DNA of 64,000 nt from Azolla caroliniana (GCA_043228905.1 JBHGNT010000003.1:2356001-2420000), one strand, 5' to 3'; positions 1 through 12,650 are shown, numbered from the stretch's first letter. Program-made: numbers and translations. The notes: generated from the letters alone by a model not told the origin.

Positions 1-1407
1 CCTTGCCAAACAATGATCACATGTATCTAACTTCACATCTTTTAAACCTGGTAGGACGTTCTTTTTTGCTAGAAAGTCAAGTCCCTTTTCACTAATATGG
101 GACAATCTCTTATGCCACAATTTTGAAACATCTTGATTTTCAACTACATTGACAAAGTTAGTAGAGACAGAAGCTTGCAAAAGATATAAACCATTGTGAC
201 AACATTTATTTGCTTTCGCAACAATCAAAGAACCCTTACAGATTTTCCACTTACCATTTTGAGACGCATGGTTATAGCCCTCGTCGTCTAATGTACCTGT
301 GGAGATTAGATCCAATCTAATATCGGGCACGTGTCGTATTTGATGTAGAATCAACTTGAATCCCGTGTTGGTTTGCAAGCAAATGGTTCCTGTGCCGACT
401 ACCTTTGCAAATCCATCATTGCCCATCTTCACAACACCATAGTCACCTGGAGTGTAAGATGAGAAAAAATCCCTTCTAGACGTAACATGGTGGGAGGCAC
501 CACTATCAAGAACCCAAATGGTTTCATGGCTACTTATGTTAACTTCATTGTAACTTGTACATACAACAAGTAAATCATTAGAGGAAGCAACATTAACAGA
601 ATCGATATTGTCATTCACATTTTTCTTATCTTTCATGTAGTTCGACACTTTATTTTCCTTCTTCCATTTGAAACAATATTTATTTATGTGACCTGTCTTA
701 CCACAAAAATGACAAACTAAATCTTTATATTTAGACTTTGACTTACTTCTACTTCTACCTTTGTTGTTTCGGTCATCACTCCTCTTTCGGCTTCTTCCTC
801 TATTTTCAGCAATGAAGGCTTCCATGTTTGATGTTGCTCCTTGCGTCCTTCGCTGCATTTCTTCATTTAGAATTCCACTCTTCACAAGTTCCATTGTCAT
901 ACCTCCCTTAGGAGCCGCACTAGCTAGAGTGACCCTAAATGTTTCCCATGACTCGGGAAGAGTATTTAGCAACCATAAAGAAAGAACTTCTTCTTCAAAG
1001 TTTATACCCATGCTAGACAATTGATCAAAACATCCTTGAAATTCATTTAAATGATCTAAAACCGACTTATTTTCTTTATAAGTCAAATGCATCGCTTGTT
1101 TGAGTAAAAACAACTTATTATTACCGGTTCTAGAAGCATATAAGGTTTCTAATTTATTCCACAAAGTCTTTGCATTTGTTTCATTCACAACATGATTCAA
1201 GACATTATCTCCTACCCATTGACGAATGAAACCACATACTTGTTCATTTTCAAAATCCCATTCCTCATCATTTTTCTTTTCGGGTTTAATCTTTGTGAAT
1301 ATAGGTAAATGCATATTTTTAACGAAAAGCAAATCTTTCATTTTTCCTTTCCATTTTTGATAGTTCGTGCCATTTAAAACAACCATTGTTGACGTGTTTG
1401 CCTCCAT
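1..1407 (-). mobile_element. Ty1/Copia gag-pol 5' part (Gag, zinc knuckle, protease, pre-integrase), running off the left edge
   Basis: The minus strand from ATG 1407 reads MEANTSTMVVLNGTNYQKWKGKMKDLLFVK, then the CCHC knuckle CHFCGKTGHINKYC (~675-715) and protease WVLDSGASHHVT (~485-520). It is still in the same frame at the edge (LKDVKLDTCDHCLAR). Confidence 0.92.
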
Positions 1408-1452
1408 TTATAATCGAGCAAAAAAAAACACAACCTCCGCTATGATACCTCT

Positions 1453-2274
1453 TGATGAGGTATAGACACGTAAGAGTGTAACACGCGTCACGTTTTATGC
1501 TCGATTATAATGAAAAAGAAACAGAAGAAACACACACAATGACACAACAAAGATTACACAAGATTTAACGTGGAAATCCCCTCAATGAGGGAAAAAACCA
1601 CGGGAGAAAAGTCCAAAACCAATCCACTATCACCAAAGAGATATAACACAAGTACAAAATCTACTTCTAGATATACTAGAAATAAGTCGAGATATGTAGC
1701 ATAGTACTACCGACAAAGATGGTAGAATAATCCAAAGGGATAAGAATATCTCTCAAGCATATAAGAGAAAAGAAGAGAGAAGAAAACCCGGATAAGAACG
1801 TCCACAAGTCGAAGTAGTAGCCGTGTAGATCTCACGTTGAGTAGTGGAGATGGAAAGGAGGTTGGGAGTAGATGAGTTGAGCACCAAGCTTCACCAAGCT
1901 TCACTATGCTTCTCTATGCTTCACTATGCTTCACACTCTATGGGTGTGATCCTCACCTCCCACCAGAATCGTCCATTGACGTCCATTCCGAACCTGCCAA
2001 CATGCCACCCCATGCCCATCTTCTGATCCCCATCCTTTCCCCGTGTTGTAAACCTCCTTGTTTCTCTTAGGGGGGAAATGTGGTGTGCATGTATGCATTT
2101 GTGCCACTCTTTTAACACACCCTTTTTAGGATGCATGTACCTAAGCTGACCCACCCTTTTAGCATACCCTTTTAAGCTAAGCCAACCCAAATGGGTACCT
2201 TTGTATAAACTATAAATTGAGTAAGAAGTAAGAAGCTAACTAGATTGGTTTTGATCTCTTATGTGCATTTCACA
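1453..2274 (-). mobile_element. 5' LTR of the left-edge Copia element, with a tRNA-iMet-type PBS at ~1439-1450
   Basis: On the minus strand the LTR runs TGTGAAATGC...CA, followed by AG and AGGTATCATAGC (a variant of TGGTATCAGAGC) just before gag. The outer end abuts a TA-rich microsatellite. Confidence 0.8.

Positions 2275-2322
<48 letters not shown>
2275..2322. repeat. (TA)n/(TATG)n microsatellite
   Basis: Directly visible. Confidence 0.9.
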
Positions 2323-2323
<1 letters not shown>

Positions 2324-3599
2324 GCATAAGGTAGCACGAGGTTGATGATGAATAAATAAATTGAGTGTGTTCTCAAAAGATTGGTTACCTTAATTTCTTC
2401 TAATCATATAGATTCTACTAATTAAATTAACAACAGTAATCATTTGTGAAGTAATTCATGGAAAGACATGGAATATCAAATGTGGAAGAGCTAAAGCCAT
2501 ATAACCTCATCCCTGACCCCCATGAAGCATCTATTCTATGTATCTATTTATCTATCTAGAAGGAGAGAGATAAAGATCATTTCATTTTCCATAAAGATCA
2601 AATGCTCTCTTCGATATTTTTTTTAATTGGTTCTCGTAAGATTCAAAATGAGCATGACCAAGATTTCGAACCCAGATTCTTCTCTATCTATGGAGTAGGT
2701 AGCTAGCTACTAGGAAAGAGAGATGTACATAAAGCAAACAATCATGCCAATAGATACTAATTAAACTAGTGGATATGCTACAAAGACAAATATGTGATGA
2801 TTGGGTGGGTCTACTTAGTACTATGAGATGTTGATCATGGTATGGTGTTATCATTGTTGTGGTGTTACCGTTAGTGGCCTTATGAGACTTTTTGAGAGAG
2901 ACATAGAAGAGGGAGATAATTAAACTGGGATCAAGACAAGACGGAGATAATTATAATGGGAATTTGTGGGTACCCCACATGAACCAACAATCATTTTACT
3001 TTCCATAAAATTCAAATGCTCAATTCAATACTTCTTAACCAAATCTCCTACTTACTCAAAAAATGTTAATCAAACATTGTATCTACTGTAGCTTAAATAT
3101 TCCCAATGCCTCCCCAAGATTTTATTACAGACAAGAATATTGATGTCCAGATTATTTCGAAGATTGATGTCAATCTAGAATGGTTTGACAACAGTGATAG
3201 GGATGGGGTCAATTCAGTCTCTTTTCTTCTCAAACAATACACCATGTAAACAATTGAGTCAGTCAATTCATCCCCGTTTCTTCTCAAATTATATTTCTTA
3301 GTTTGATCTCATATATGCTGTGCAAAGGTGATGAGTGTTGTGTTTTGTAAATGTGATCACATAACTGCCATCAATTGGTGTTGTGTTATGCAAATGTGTT
3401 GTGATTGGTCCAAAGAAAGGGACGTGCTAACAACTTGGGCTCAAAAGCTCCCTCCCCACCACTAAAACAAGACTTCACCTGTCAAATCAAGAGGCTTACA
3501 AAAATTGTTTAATTAGAATTGGATTGCTTCCTAGGAAATGTCAGGACTCTTGGCTCCACACATATGCTGATCATGAAGGGGATATCCCATATTCTCGTT

Positions 3600-3601
<2 letters not shown>

Positions 3602-3645
<44 letters not shown>

Positions 3646-3827
3646 CTTATCATACATAGATGAATAGGTACTAGTATATAATAGTCTTTCTTATCAACTG
3701 AGGGCGGGATTAACTCATAGAGATGTATAAAAAGAGGGCTGGTATTACGTGATGTAATCCTACAAGAGGATCTACTTAGTGCTCCACAGAAGAAGAAGAA
3801 GAAGAAGAAGAAGAAGAAGAAGAAGAG
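3602..3827 (+). promoter_or_regulatory. Proximal promoter/5' UTR of DUF247 copy 1: (TA)n tract, TATA box at 3726 and (GAA)n tract ending at the ATG
   Basis: (TA)~20 at 3602-3642, TATAAAAA at 3726-3733, and a (GAA)n run at ~3789-3826 immediately before ATG 3828. Confidence 0.6.
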
Positions 3828-5297
3828 ATGGGTACAAATACCAGATTCAACATTACAATTCCAACGGATGAACCTGATCATCAACCGAACTTCAACAAAG
3901 ATGAATGGAGAGACTGCATGAAGGTGAAGATAAATCTGCATGTTGATGATGCACCTGGGCTCAACAAAAGTTGGATGATTTTGAAGCCTCCCCAAGAATT
4001 GTTGGAAGTGAAGCCACAATCATATTATCCTAAATTAGTGACTATTGGTCCATTGTATCAAAATCTTCAGAGTTCCCGTATTGATAATTATAAGGCAATA
4101 TGTGTGAAGAAATTCATGGAAAGACACGGGATATCAGCTGTGGAAGACCTCATTCAAGACCTCATCTCTACTCAACCACACGAACTTAGCCAGATCTATA
4201 ATCTCAACCTCCTCCAATCTGAATTTGAGTGGCTCCAACTTCTGGTCACTGTTGATACCGTCTTCATTCATGAACTCTTGCTGTGTATGTGGCCACCCGA
4301 ACATATGAACACTGTCAGGTACTTCAACACTTTCCTCTCTAATGACCCTACACTCGGCGTGCGACTAGTGAGGGACTTGCTGTTGATAGGCAACCAAATT
4401 CCCATATCATTTTTGAAGAAGATTTCTAACAATCGAAACTTCTCATTTGCTGATCTTGAGAGCTCCTTGAGGAAGTTTATTGTCCAACGTAATCCTTTCT
4501 TCCTTAGCCAAGATGCAAGGAGTAAGTTTTTACGATTTCTTGAATCGGAAGACATAAAATTGATCGATACTTGTGAGCACCTACTTGATTCCCTCTACTT
4601 CTCGTGCACTGCCGAAGAAGAATATACGAGACAATCTAATTCGGAAGAATGCGCAAGAAAATCTGTTTATTCATGTTTCTCTTTTCTGAGGAAATTGTGG
4701 GCATGCAGAAAGACCAAGAAACTAGAAACCCAGGAGGAGGAATTTGTTCGCCTCCCAACAGCATCTGAGCTCTCGAAAACCGGCATCTCGTTCAAGGCTT
4801 GTGAAGGTAACATATCAGTGATCAAGTATGACAAGAGGAAACTTCAGCTCCATCTTCCACGCCTTGTCTTGTTTAACAGCACAGAGATTCTGCTGAGGAA
4901 CCTTATCGCACATGAAATAACTTCCAAAAAACAAGGTGAGTTTTTGACGTATGCCGTCATCATGGACTCGATCATCGACACGGAAGAAGATCTGGCAATC
5001 TTGACAAAGGCCAAAGTCATAGAGAACCACCTGGGGAACAACATTAGGGTGGTCGAGATGTGGAACGACATGTGCACCAATGTGTGCTATACTAACAATT
5101 CTGAAAGATGGAAGGCGGTAGTCCCTGTTATGGTGGCCCACTATTCGTCCCACTGGCGTCGCTTGTATGCCGAGTGTCATGAAAGGTTCTTTTCTCGGCC
5201 ATGGTTATGGATTTCGGTCGTTGCCGCATTTATACTGCTCTCAACTTCAATATTGCAGACAGGCTATTCAATCATAGCTTATTACAAAAATACCTAA
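3828..5297 (+). CDS. DUF247 (UPF0481) family protein, intact, intronless, 489 aa, C-terminal transmembrane helix
   Basis: Motifs in family order: YxPxLVTIGP, RDLLLIGNQIP, HLLDSLY, LPTASELSKTGISF, LHLPRL..TEILLRNLIAHE, YAVIMDSIIDTEEDLAIL..VIENHLG, and terminal FFSRPWLWISVVAAFILLSTSILQTGYSII. Confidence 0.95.
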   Translation: MGTNTRFNITIPTDEPDHQPNFNKDEWRDCMKVKINLHVDDAPGLNKSWMILKPPQELLEVKPQSYYPKLVTIGPLYQNLQSSRIDNYKAICVKKFMERHGISAVEDLIQDLISTQPHELSQIYNLNLLQSEFEWLQLLVTVDTVFIHELLLCMWPPEHMNTVRYFNTFLSNDPTLGVRLVRDLLLIGNQIPISFLKKISNNRNFSFADLESSLRKFIVQRNPFFLSQDARSKFLRFLESEDIKLIDTCEHLLDSLYFSCTAEEEYTRQSNSEECARKSVYSCFSFLRKLWACRKTKKLETQEEEFVRLPTASELSKTGISFKACEGNISVIKYDKRKLQLHLPRLVLFNSTEILLRNLIAHEITSKKQGEFLTYAVIMDSIIDTEEDLAILTKAKVIENHLGNNIRVVEMWNDMCTNVCYTNNSERWKAVVPVMVAHYSSHWRRLYAECHERFFSRPWLWISVVAAFILLSTSILQTGYSIIAYYKNT

Positions 5298-7104
5298 ATC
5301 AAGTATTGGGCTTCGTTTATTCATTTGGGAGATCATTTCGGTTTGTTAATTTAAATGTTTCCTGTTATTTATGTATTTATTGGTTTATAGTCCAGATTGA
5401 TTTATGAAATTGTGGAAGATTATGTACTTATATGGTGAATCCTTTCATGATGCATGTATTAATGGATTAATAGATATTGTGGGAGTTAAAATTAAGAAAT
5501 TGTCGTGATGGGTACTGAAGCACAATTTGTTGTTCTTCTTCGTCTTCTTTCTAATCCCGTGTTCATCGAATTACCTACAAGTTGAACACGATGGCAAACA
5601 TAAAAAAATATCCAGAGTATTGAAAATAAGTGACATTAACAGGAAGATGACAATAGTTTTGGATGTAGTACCACATCATTATCATGCTACAAACCAGACG
5701 ACACTACATTCTGAAAGATCCATTCACCATGTAAAGAGACGATAGAGACACTGGGATTTAAAAAAGTATGAAGTAGGAGCATCTTGGTATGTTTGCTGTT
5801 TGAAGAGCCATGAGGACTTGGTAGATAAAATCTTGACTCTATAGTACGAATGTAAAACTTTTGTCTTAATGACAAGGCATGGCATCTTCATTGCTTTATT
5901 GCTTTAGCAACATCGACTTCAGCCTGCCTGGTCTACTCACTCTTCTGAATGGTTCCAGCTTCTAGTCTCTACTTATAGCATCCTATAATTTCATGAATAT
6001 TAAAACTTCTTTCACGAATTCTTGCTTTTCATGAGGAATTATTAACCATCCAAAACCAAATTTGGCCACGCGTCAATGCTTGCTTTTTTCTCCCCCCTAA
6101 AGGTAGCTCCACAGAATTACCTCATCAATCGAACCTAACATATGGGTGCTTGCTTGAAACATTTCCTGACTATCTGTTTGCTGATTTGTATATGGCTAAA
6201 TGTTATGGATGATTTTGTGACAAATGTTATCATGTTAGCAAACCTCTACATCGGTATTATCCACAGGCATTGATTTTGGCCACCACTGGCTCGTTTTAGC
6301 ACAGATTCTACCTAAATATATATTCGAAATTAGTCAAATAAAAATGTTCAGATTAGGATTATCGAAAACCTTGGGTAACATAAATACTTAACAATAATGA
6401 TATAAGACTTTTCATATAGTGAGTATTTTTTAAGTTTTAGAAATTGGGAGAAATACACATTTTAAAACGATACCTTTCTCAATACCTAAAAATATTTCAT
6501 ACGAATAAGATATATGTTAATCACTACAGAAAGCGACATGGTTAATCTCAAATCCTGACTTTTTGGCATATAGACTTTTCTGTGAGTTTTCATTCCCATG
6601 ATAGTTATATAGATTCCTTATCGGCCACTGCAATGTTGGGTTTAGTTCCAACTTTCTTTACTTTTTATAGTTTCTGTTGTTTTCATAGTGACTCAGCAAC
6701 ATGTTCTACTACTACTGGAAATTATTAAGACTATAACATAATGCCATATACGCTGTCTCATAAAAGTACCAGACTGATTGTATGTGAAATTTCTTCTCGT
6801 AAGCAGTAGATGAGCTTTTTGAAGGTGAGTTTTTTCTGTAAATGCAAGCTTTTGAGTGTCACATTTTTCGTCTCTAGGACCTACTTACTCACGACCCCAT
6901 CCATGAAACATCTATATAAGTACTGACAATGTGAATGATCGTTAATCACTATAATTCGGGCATTGAACATTACAACCTAAAACACTAATCATAATATACA
7001 TGCATTACTTGTAGCAGATTGCCAAATAACCACAAAAAGATTTATCTAAACTACAGTATCAGATTACATATTCGACCATGTTTTTATAAGTGCATTGATA
7101 CTTA

Positions 7105-7595
7105 ATCCATATGTCAGTGAAACATATAGGCAATCAAGTAGATGATTGCTATGAAGAAGATTTGGCTCCATACCTTCTAAATCGTTGTACCAATATAAAA
7201 GATTCATGGAGAATGGATGATTCATTTCAACAAAATATAAGCCAACACCATTTGGAGTTCATCCATCTCGAAGGAAGGTTTGCTTGGAAGCTCTATAATC
7301 TTCTTCAGGAATGACATGGGAATTTGGTTTCCGGTCAGGAACAAGTCCCTCTGAATTTGCCGGAATGTAAGGTCATTGTTGAAGAAAATGTATAGGTAGC
7401 CACTTTGCGTATGTTGGGATTCGTAGTCATTCCTCATAAAGAGCAAGAATTCATGGATGAAGACAGTATCCACAGTGACCAGAAGTTGGAGCGACTCCAA
7501 GCTATAATCAGGGAGGTTTGAATAATGCCTCTTAATATCCTGGGGATCAAGAATGAGTTGCTGCATGAGGTCTTTCACATCTGCTATCTCATGGA
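7105..7595 (-). pseudogene. DUF247 internal fragment
   Basis: LQLLVTVDTVFIHEFLLF, RDLFLTGNQIPMSFLKK, then a stop, then NHLLDCLYV. Both termini are missing. Confidence 0.88.
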
Positions 7596-8654
7596 AAGCT
7601 AGGATTTGTTGGGTCCACCTAGTAGCGTTTATGGACTGCCCTGTTCTGTTTCCTGTTAATACTTATTTTTTAAATTACTGATTTCCATGTCTCTTTTTTT
7701 GCATGTGAATGTCGTTATCGTTTTCACCTCATTTAGAGGGAGAAAAAGAGACTTGGCGTTAGTACTGTTACCTGTAGTGGAGGATCTAATGCCTCTCTTG
7801 AATTAAATCTGCGTGATTTCCTTTAATTAAATTAGATTTTGAAAGTAGAGATCTTTGTCTCTTATGGTTGCATTAACATCTACCAGATTGAATGCCTGGG
7901 AATTGAGGATCTTGTAAAGCCACACAGGTCCCGTTCTATTTCATCAATCGAGCAAGCATTGTGTCAATACATACTCTAGAGTTAACCCGTGTAAAACTAG
8001 CCAAGGATGCTTGGATATCTTTGGAAAGAAGAAACGAATTTCCACACGCAAAGGTAACCAATGATTGAGATTAGCTACATTAGAATTTGGACAATATACA
8101 TGATTAACTTTAAAGTTCAAATAATAAATGACAATATGCTTTTCGTATACTCAAATTGTCAGGTAGTTGTTCGCATGTCTCTGATTCAACTTTCATGTTC
8201 AGAAGTGATGATTTATGGCATATAGATTTCGTTAGAAGTTCTCATTCCTAGACTACATACTAACAAGATAAATTCAAATCGTGATTTCTTGGCATATTAT
8301 TAAACTTTTCTGCGAGTATTCTTTCCCAACATAGTGATATAGATTCCTGCAATGTTGGGTTTAGTTCCAACTTTCTATACTTACATTTTTTGTAACTTTC
8401 TGTACTTTTTACGCTTTTTGTTTTTTACATTATCTGCAACTTGTTCTACAACTACTAGAAATTATAAAGACTATAACATGACGCCATATACACTTTATGT
8501 CTCATAAAAATACCAGACTGATCCCTTTTTATTTGAAAATGTATATATGGATGTATGATGAAGGTCTCCTAGAATTTTTGTCTATTGAATTACTTAATAT
8601 GATGCAGAAAAAGTGCTGACAGAGAAGAGAGAAGAGATAATGAAACAATACCAT

Positions 8655-8879
8655 GGAAACTAACACATGATCAAAAGAAGACAAGACATTGGGATGGGAT
8701 GGAGTGAAAGACAGCAAAAAGATCATATATGTACATAGATAGATAAACAGGCTTTGTGAGGAGGCCATGATATTCCTTTCCGTTTGCTCACGAAACCTTT
8801 TTCACTCCATCCCAATGTCTTGTCTTTCACTCCATCCCATCCCAATGTCTTGTCTTCTTTTGCTTATATGTTAATTTCC
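8655..8879. repeat. Inverted repeat with ~58-bp arms
   Basis: 8655-8713 GGAAACTAACACATGATCAAAAGAAGACAAGACATTGGGATGGGATGGAGTGAAAGACA is the near-exact reverse complement of 8821-8879. Confidence 0.85.
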
Positions 8880-9111
8880 TTATATCTGTCCTAATCACTC
8901 ATCAATCTTTATATCTTCTATCTTCTATCTTTTCTATTCATTCATCAATCAGATTTTTTCTCTTCTTCTCTCTCTTCTCTCTCTGCATTTTGTCTACATC
9001 AGAATTTTGTTTTCTGCATTTTGTTTCATCCATCCCTGCGTTTGCCTTCACCATCACAGATCCTCAGGAAGAAGAAAGATGAAGGAATTACTCAGGAAGA
9101 AGGATTTTAGG

Positions 9112-9330
9112 GTTTCTTCTTCTTCTTCTTCTTCTGTGGGGCACTAAGTTTGACTACTTTCTTGTAGGATTAGATCAACTATGTCTGGAGCCAAAAATCA
9201 TGCGATTTCCCCGTAGGAACCAATTCAATTCTAATTAATCGGATTCTTGTATGCTTCATTTTCTGAGATGTGAAGACTTTTTTTAGAGGGCCCAAGTTGT
9301 TAGTGCCTCCCTTTGGGTGGACCGATCAAT
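9112..9330 (-). promoter_or_regulatory. Orphan inverted copy of the DUF247 copy-1 promoter/5' UTR with no CDS behind it
   Basis: The reverse complement matches 3405-3570 and 3750-3810 (GCTAACAACTTGGGC, AATTAGAATTG, TGGCTCCA.ACATA, AATCCTACAAGA, CTTAGTGC.CCACAGAAGAAGAAG). Confidence 0.75.
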
Positions 9331-10269
9331 TACTGATCACAACACCGATCATAGTTATGGTGATAGGTTTTACTGATTACAACACTGATCAAGTTTGCCC
9401 ATCAAGTCTTCGGCATTCATATTCCATCTTCCCACGTTATGGTTATGTGGCATCTAGATTTTATGTTTAGACAATGACTTCTAACGTAATTTCAAATCAT
9501 GATTATGTGCCATGTTCTAGATTTTTTCTACCAGTCTTCAATGTTAATTCCTGAGCTACTTCCAATTTTCTATAATTTTCATAAAGAATGAGGTCACTTA
9601 TTTTTAATGTTCAATATTTTTTTCTCTTTGGTAGGTTACTCGTGAGTGAAAGATAGGCAAAGGATCCTTAGCTAGTTTTGGTGGGACCCATGAAGACCTT
9701 AAGGTCTGAAAATTTTCATTATTACACTGATGATGATGATGATGATGATGATGACAAGGCATGACATTCTAATGACACGGTTATATGTAGAGCTACAATG
9801 TCAAAGTGTTATTATTTATTCTTGAATTCACATCCAAAAGAGAAGAGCTACGTAAAATTTTGGCTATGCATTGTGTAAATTTTGCTATGCATTGAATGCT
9901 TACAAAAGTACTTGATTGTCTAATGAGACTCACACAAAACACTTCATTTTAATTGGGAAAGGACGAAATAATTGCTTGTTTCACCTGAATGCCTGTAATA
10001 ACTAGATACTCGATAATACACTAATCACCAAATTATTATTTATCATAAGTACAATATGGGATTACAAATACCGTGTTTGACCATGTTTCTTTGACATGTC
10101 CATAGACTCTTATTCCTTCTGACTTACATTTAACTTCTACTAGTACGTCTTCCAAGAGTCACAAGCTCCAAATGCAAAAATAACAGAACTAAAGTACAAT
10201 GAGATCCCCAATCAATGAGAAATAACAGAAATAACAAAGCTGCTTTTCTTGCCCTAAAGGGTTTGATTA

Positions 10270-10920
10270 AGGTTCAATGGTTAAGTTAGTGCTACGATTG
10301 GTAATAGGCTGTGATTTCCGTAGCCTGTTTGCAATATTGACATTAGGAGCCGTAGAAACCCCACAAGTAGTGAAATCACTAGCCATAGCCGAGAAAAATA
10401 CTTTTCACGAAACTCTGCATACATGTCATGCTCAGGATTCTCAGAGTCGTCCAATACATATTGCGTGGCATCTCGTCCCACCTCTTGCATGGTGCGAATG
10501 TAGATGTTGATGTAGATGTAGTTCATGACTGATATGGCACCTTCAATCGCCCTGAATGTGATGTCGGCTTTAGAGAGCTGAGACGCTGTTGGCATGCGAT
10601 CACCAAAGATAGTTTTCTTTCGAGGTGATTGTTTCATCTCGAAAAGATCTCGTCGTCGTGGGAATCTCCAAGGATTGGTGGCTTTACTCCCAGACTTTTG
10701 TAATCGTGCCCTTAGGACCCAAACATATAGTCAATCAAGTAGATGATTGCAATTGCCAAACTCTGGAGAATCTCTACCGAGATACTCTAGCTGATTAAGA
10801 ATGGATCATTTGTTGCAACAGCGAAATGCAATCCTTCCTGGAGTTCATCCCATTCTAATTCGGGGTTCTTTGGAAACTCATCAATCAGCTTCTTTAGATA
10901 GGACAAGGGAATTTGGTTGT
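10270..10920 (-). pseudogene. DUF247 pseudogene, 3' half, separated from its 5' half by the Gypsy remnant
   Basis: NQIPLSYLKKLIDEFP, NHLLD*LYVW, MPTASQLSKADITFRAIEG, an internal deletion, then YAEFREKYFSRLWLVISLLVGFL. Confidence 0.88.
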
Positions 10921-12650
10921 AGTCTCCCGAGCCCTCGGTTGATGGTCTTCCAATCCGGTTCTCGGTTTCGGAATTGGTTCTGAAACCCTCTTTTCCTCGT
11001 TGGCAAGCCATTGCCCCCTCTTCATGTATCGCGCGACGATATCTCGCACGCTTTCCCATGTTTCGGTGAGGCCACTCTCCGTGGTCGTGTCCTCCAAGAG
11101 CACTCCGAGATCTTTCCGGTCCCGGACGTCCACGGCTCGCAAGAACATGATCCCCTTGTCCGGTATGAGGATAGCTTGATCTCTCGCGGACAACCTCTCG
11201 AACCGGCTTTCGAATGCCGAAAACATATCAACGACCTTCAATCCCTTGTCCGGCGTCTCCACCCAATCTTCGAATCCCCTTCGCGTTGCCTTGGAGGAAT
11301 CCTCGATGGCAAACGTCCTCTTTAGCTCTTCTTCAAACGCCTCCCATGTCGAATTTTGCTGTCGTAGCCCATGGATGCTTGCTTGAAGCCCGTCGGTCGC
11401 CACCCGGTTGAAGGACGTCACTTGCAGTCCTTCCGATATTCCGCACCGTAGCATCTCCGCCTTGTAGTCCCGAAGATACTGCGACATGTCTTTCCCGTTG
11501 AATTGCCCATTTCGTTGCACGAGCTGCTCCACTGATGCCGCTATCTCTGACATCGCGCGTTGTTCTTGTAGCATGCGCTCGAACATCATCATCATGTTGC
11601 TAGCCTCCGGTTGATTTTCCATCTCCTTGCCACCCGGTTTTCACGTCGGGTTCACCAACTGTGTCGTGCCTTTCGGCTCCGGATCGTTGCGTGAGTCGGG
11701 TGGGAACCACCGAGGTTTTGGACTAGGAGGAAGAGGAATACAACTTAAGGCTAGTTATGAATAGTAGAAAGAGAAGTAAGATAGCAATTTCGTGAATCCC
11801 AAGAGTTTAGTGTATTTAAAACAATATTTAGATTATAAGAGTAATTTAGATGGCAAAATTCGTGAATCCCACGAATATATTAGATTGATCAATCCTTGTA
11901 TATTAATCAACAACCTTATACATATTTTTCTCCTCCTTATATAAAGATGGAAGAGGCTAAGCATGGCTTCATGCTTTTTCACCAAAAGTGTCCATGCACA
12001 CTAAATGTGCATGTGATGCTTTGTCATTTCCTAAGTATAGGGCTCATGCACGCTAGATGTGCATGAGTCACTTTTAATGTCACGTGTAAATAAAATATTC
12101 ACACCTTAAAGAATACATGATTTTTACCTTTTAATAAAGGTATGTGTAAATAAAGGTCTTATATGTATTAAATCTAATGTATGATGCTAAAGATAAGTTA
12201 TTACAATGGTAAAGTTAAAGTTTATCTATGTGGAGGTGCAGGGTTTGAATCTTGCCCTATGCACGTGATAAATATTTTGATATATTATTTATTTATTTAT
12301 ATGTATCTAAAATCGGATATATTATTTTATGGTTTTCACGTAGTGTGTGGAATACACTACGACACCGTCGTGGCGTCGAGTCGTACCTGGTGCTGGCGCG
12401 CTCGCTACAAGAGTTGACCCACCACAAGAGCAGAGTCTCGATGTAGTCCAAAGATGATCAAATGAGGGTAGCTAGGCCTCTTATTTATAGCGATACCCAA
12501 GGCCCCCAGGCAAGTTCACACTTGACCTAATGGGTTGTCTCAATCCCGAGGATTAAAAGTAATCCTCCCCTTCTTTACACTCTCGTTTAACCCTCACACT
12601 TATCCATGTGTATAGAATACTACGGTAAATTCTCACCACGGGATATTAAA
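10915..12650 (-). mobile_element. Truncated Ty3/Gypsy-like LTR retrotransposon: LTR (~11660-12650), tRNA-Trp PBS (11641-11657), gag N-terminal ORF (11622 to ~10915)
   Basis: On the minus strand the LTR ends ...GACACA, then GT and TGGTGAACCCGACGTGA, followed by a gag-like ORF (FNGKDMSQYLRDYKAEM...FEDWVE). No pol or 3' LTR. The outer LTR boundary is approximate. Confidence 0.75.

Noticed and set aside
3531-4019. 162-aa minus-strand ORF with poly-F and YI runs, and other antisense ORFs over DUF247 and Copia regions
   Set aside because: Translated microsatellites and shadow frames of real coding sequence on the other strand.
8821-8845. miR482/2118-like mature sequence in the hairpin arm
   Set aside because: The resemblance is only general pyrimidine richness and needs gaps, which is not enough to assign a family.
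10787-11059. Functional TE-DUF247 fusion proteins here, at 31624-31672 and at 40090-40125
   Set aside because: The joins are out of frame with the TE protein, or read a few codons of antisense sequence before a stop.
11641-11657. tRNA-Trp gene
   Set aside because: Only the 3' 17 nt including CCA are present, next to an LTR end. This is a primer-binding site with no cloverleaf.
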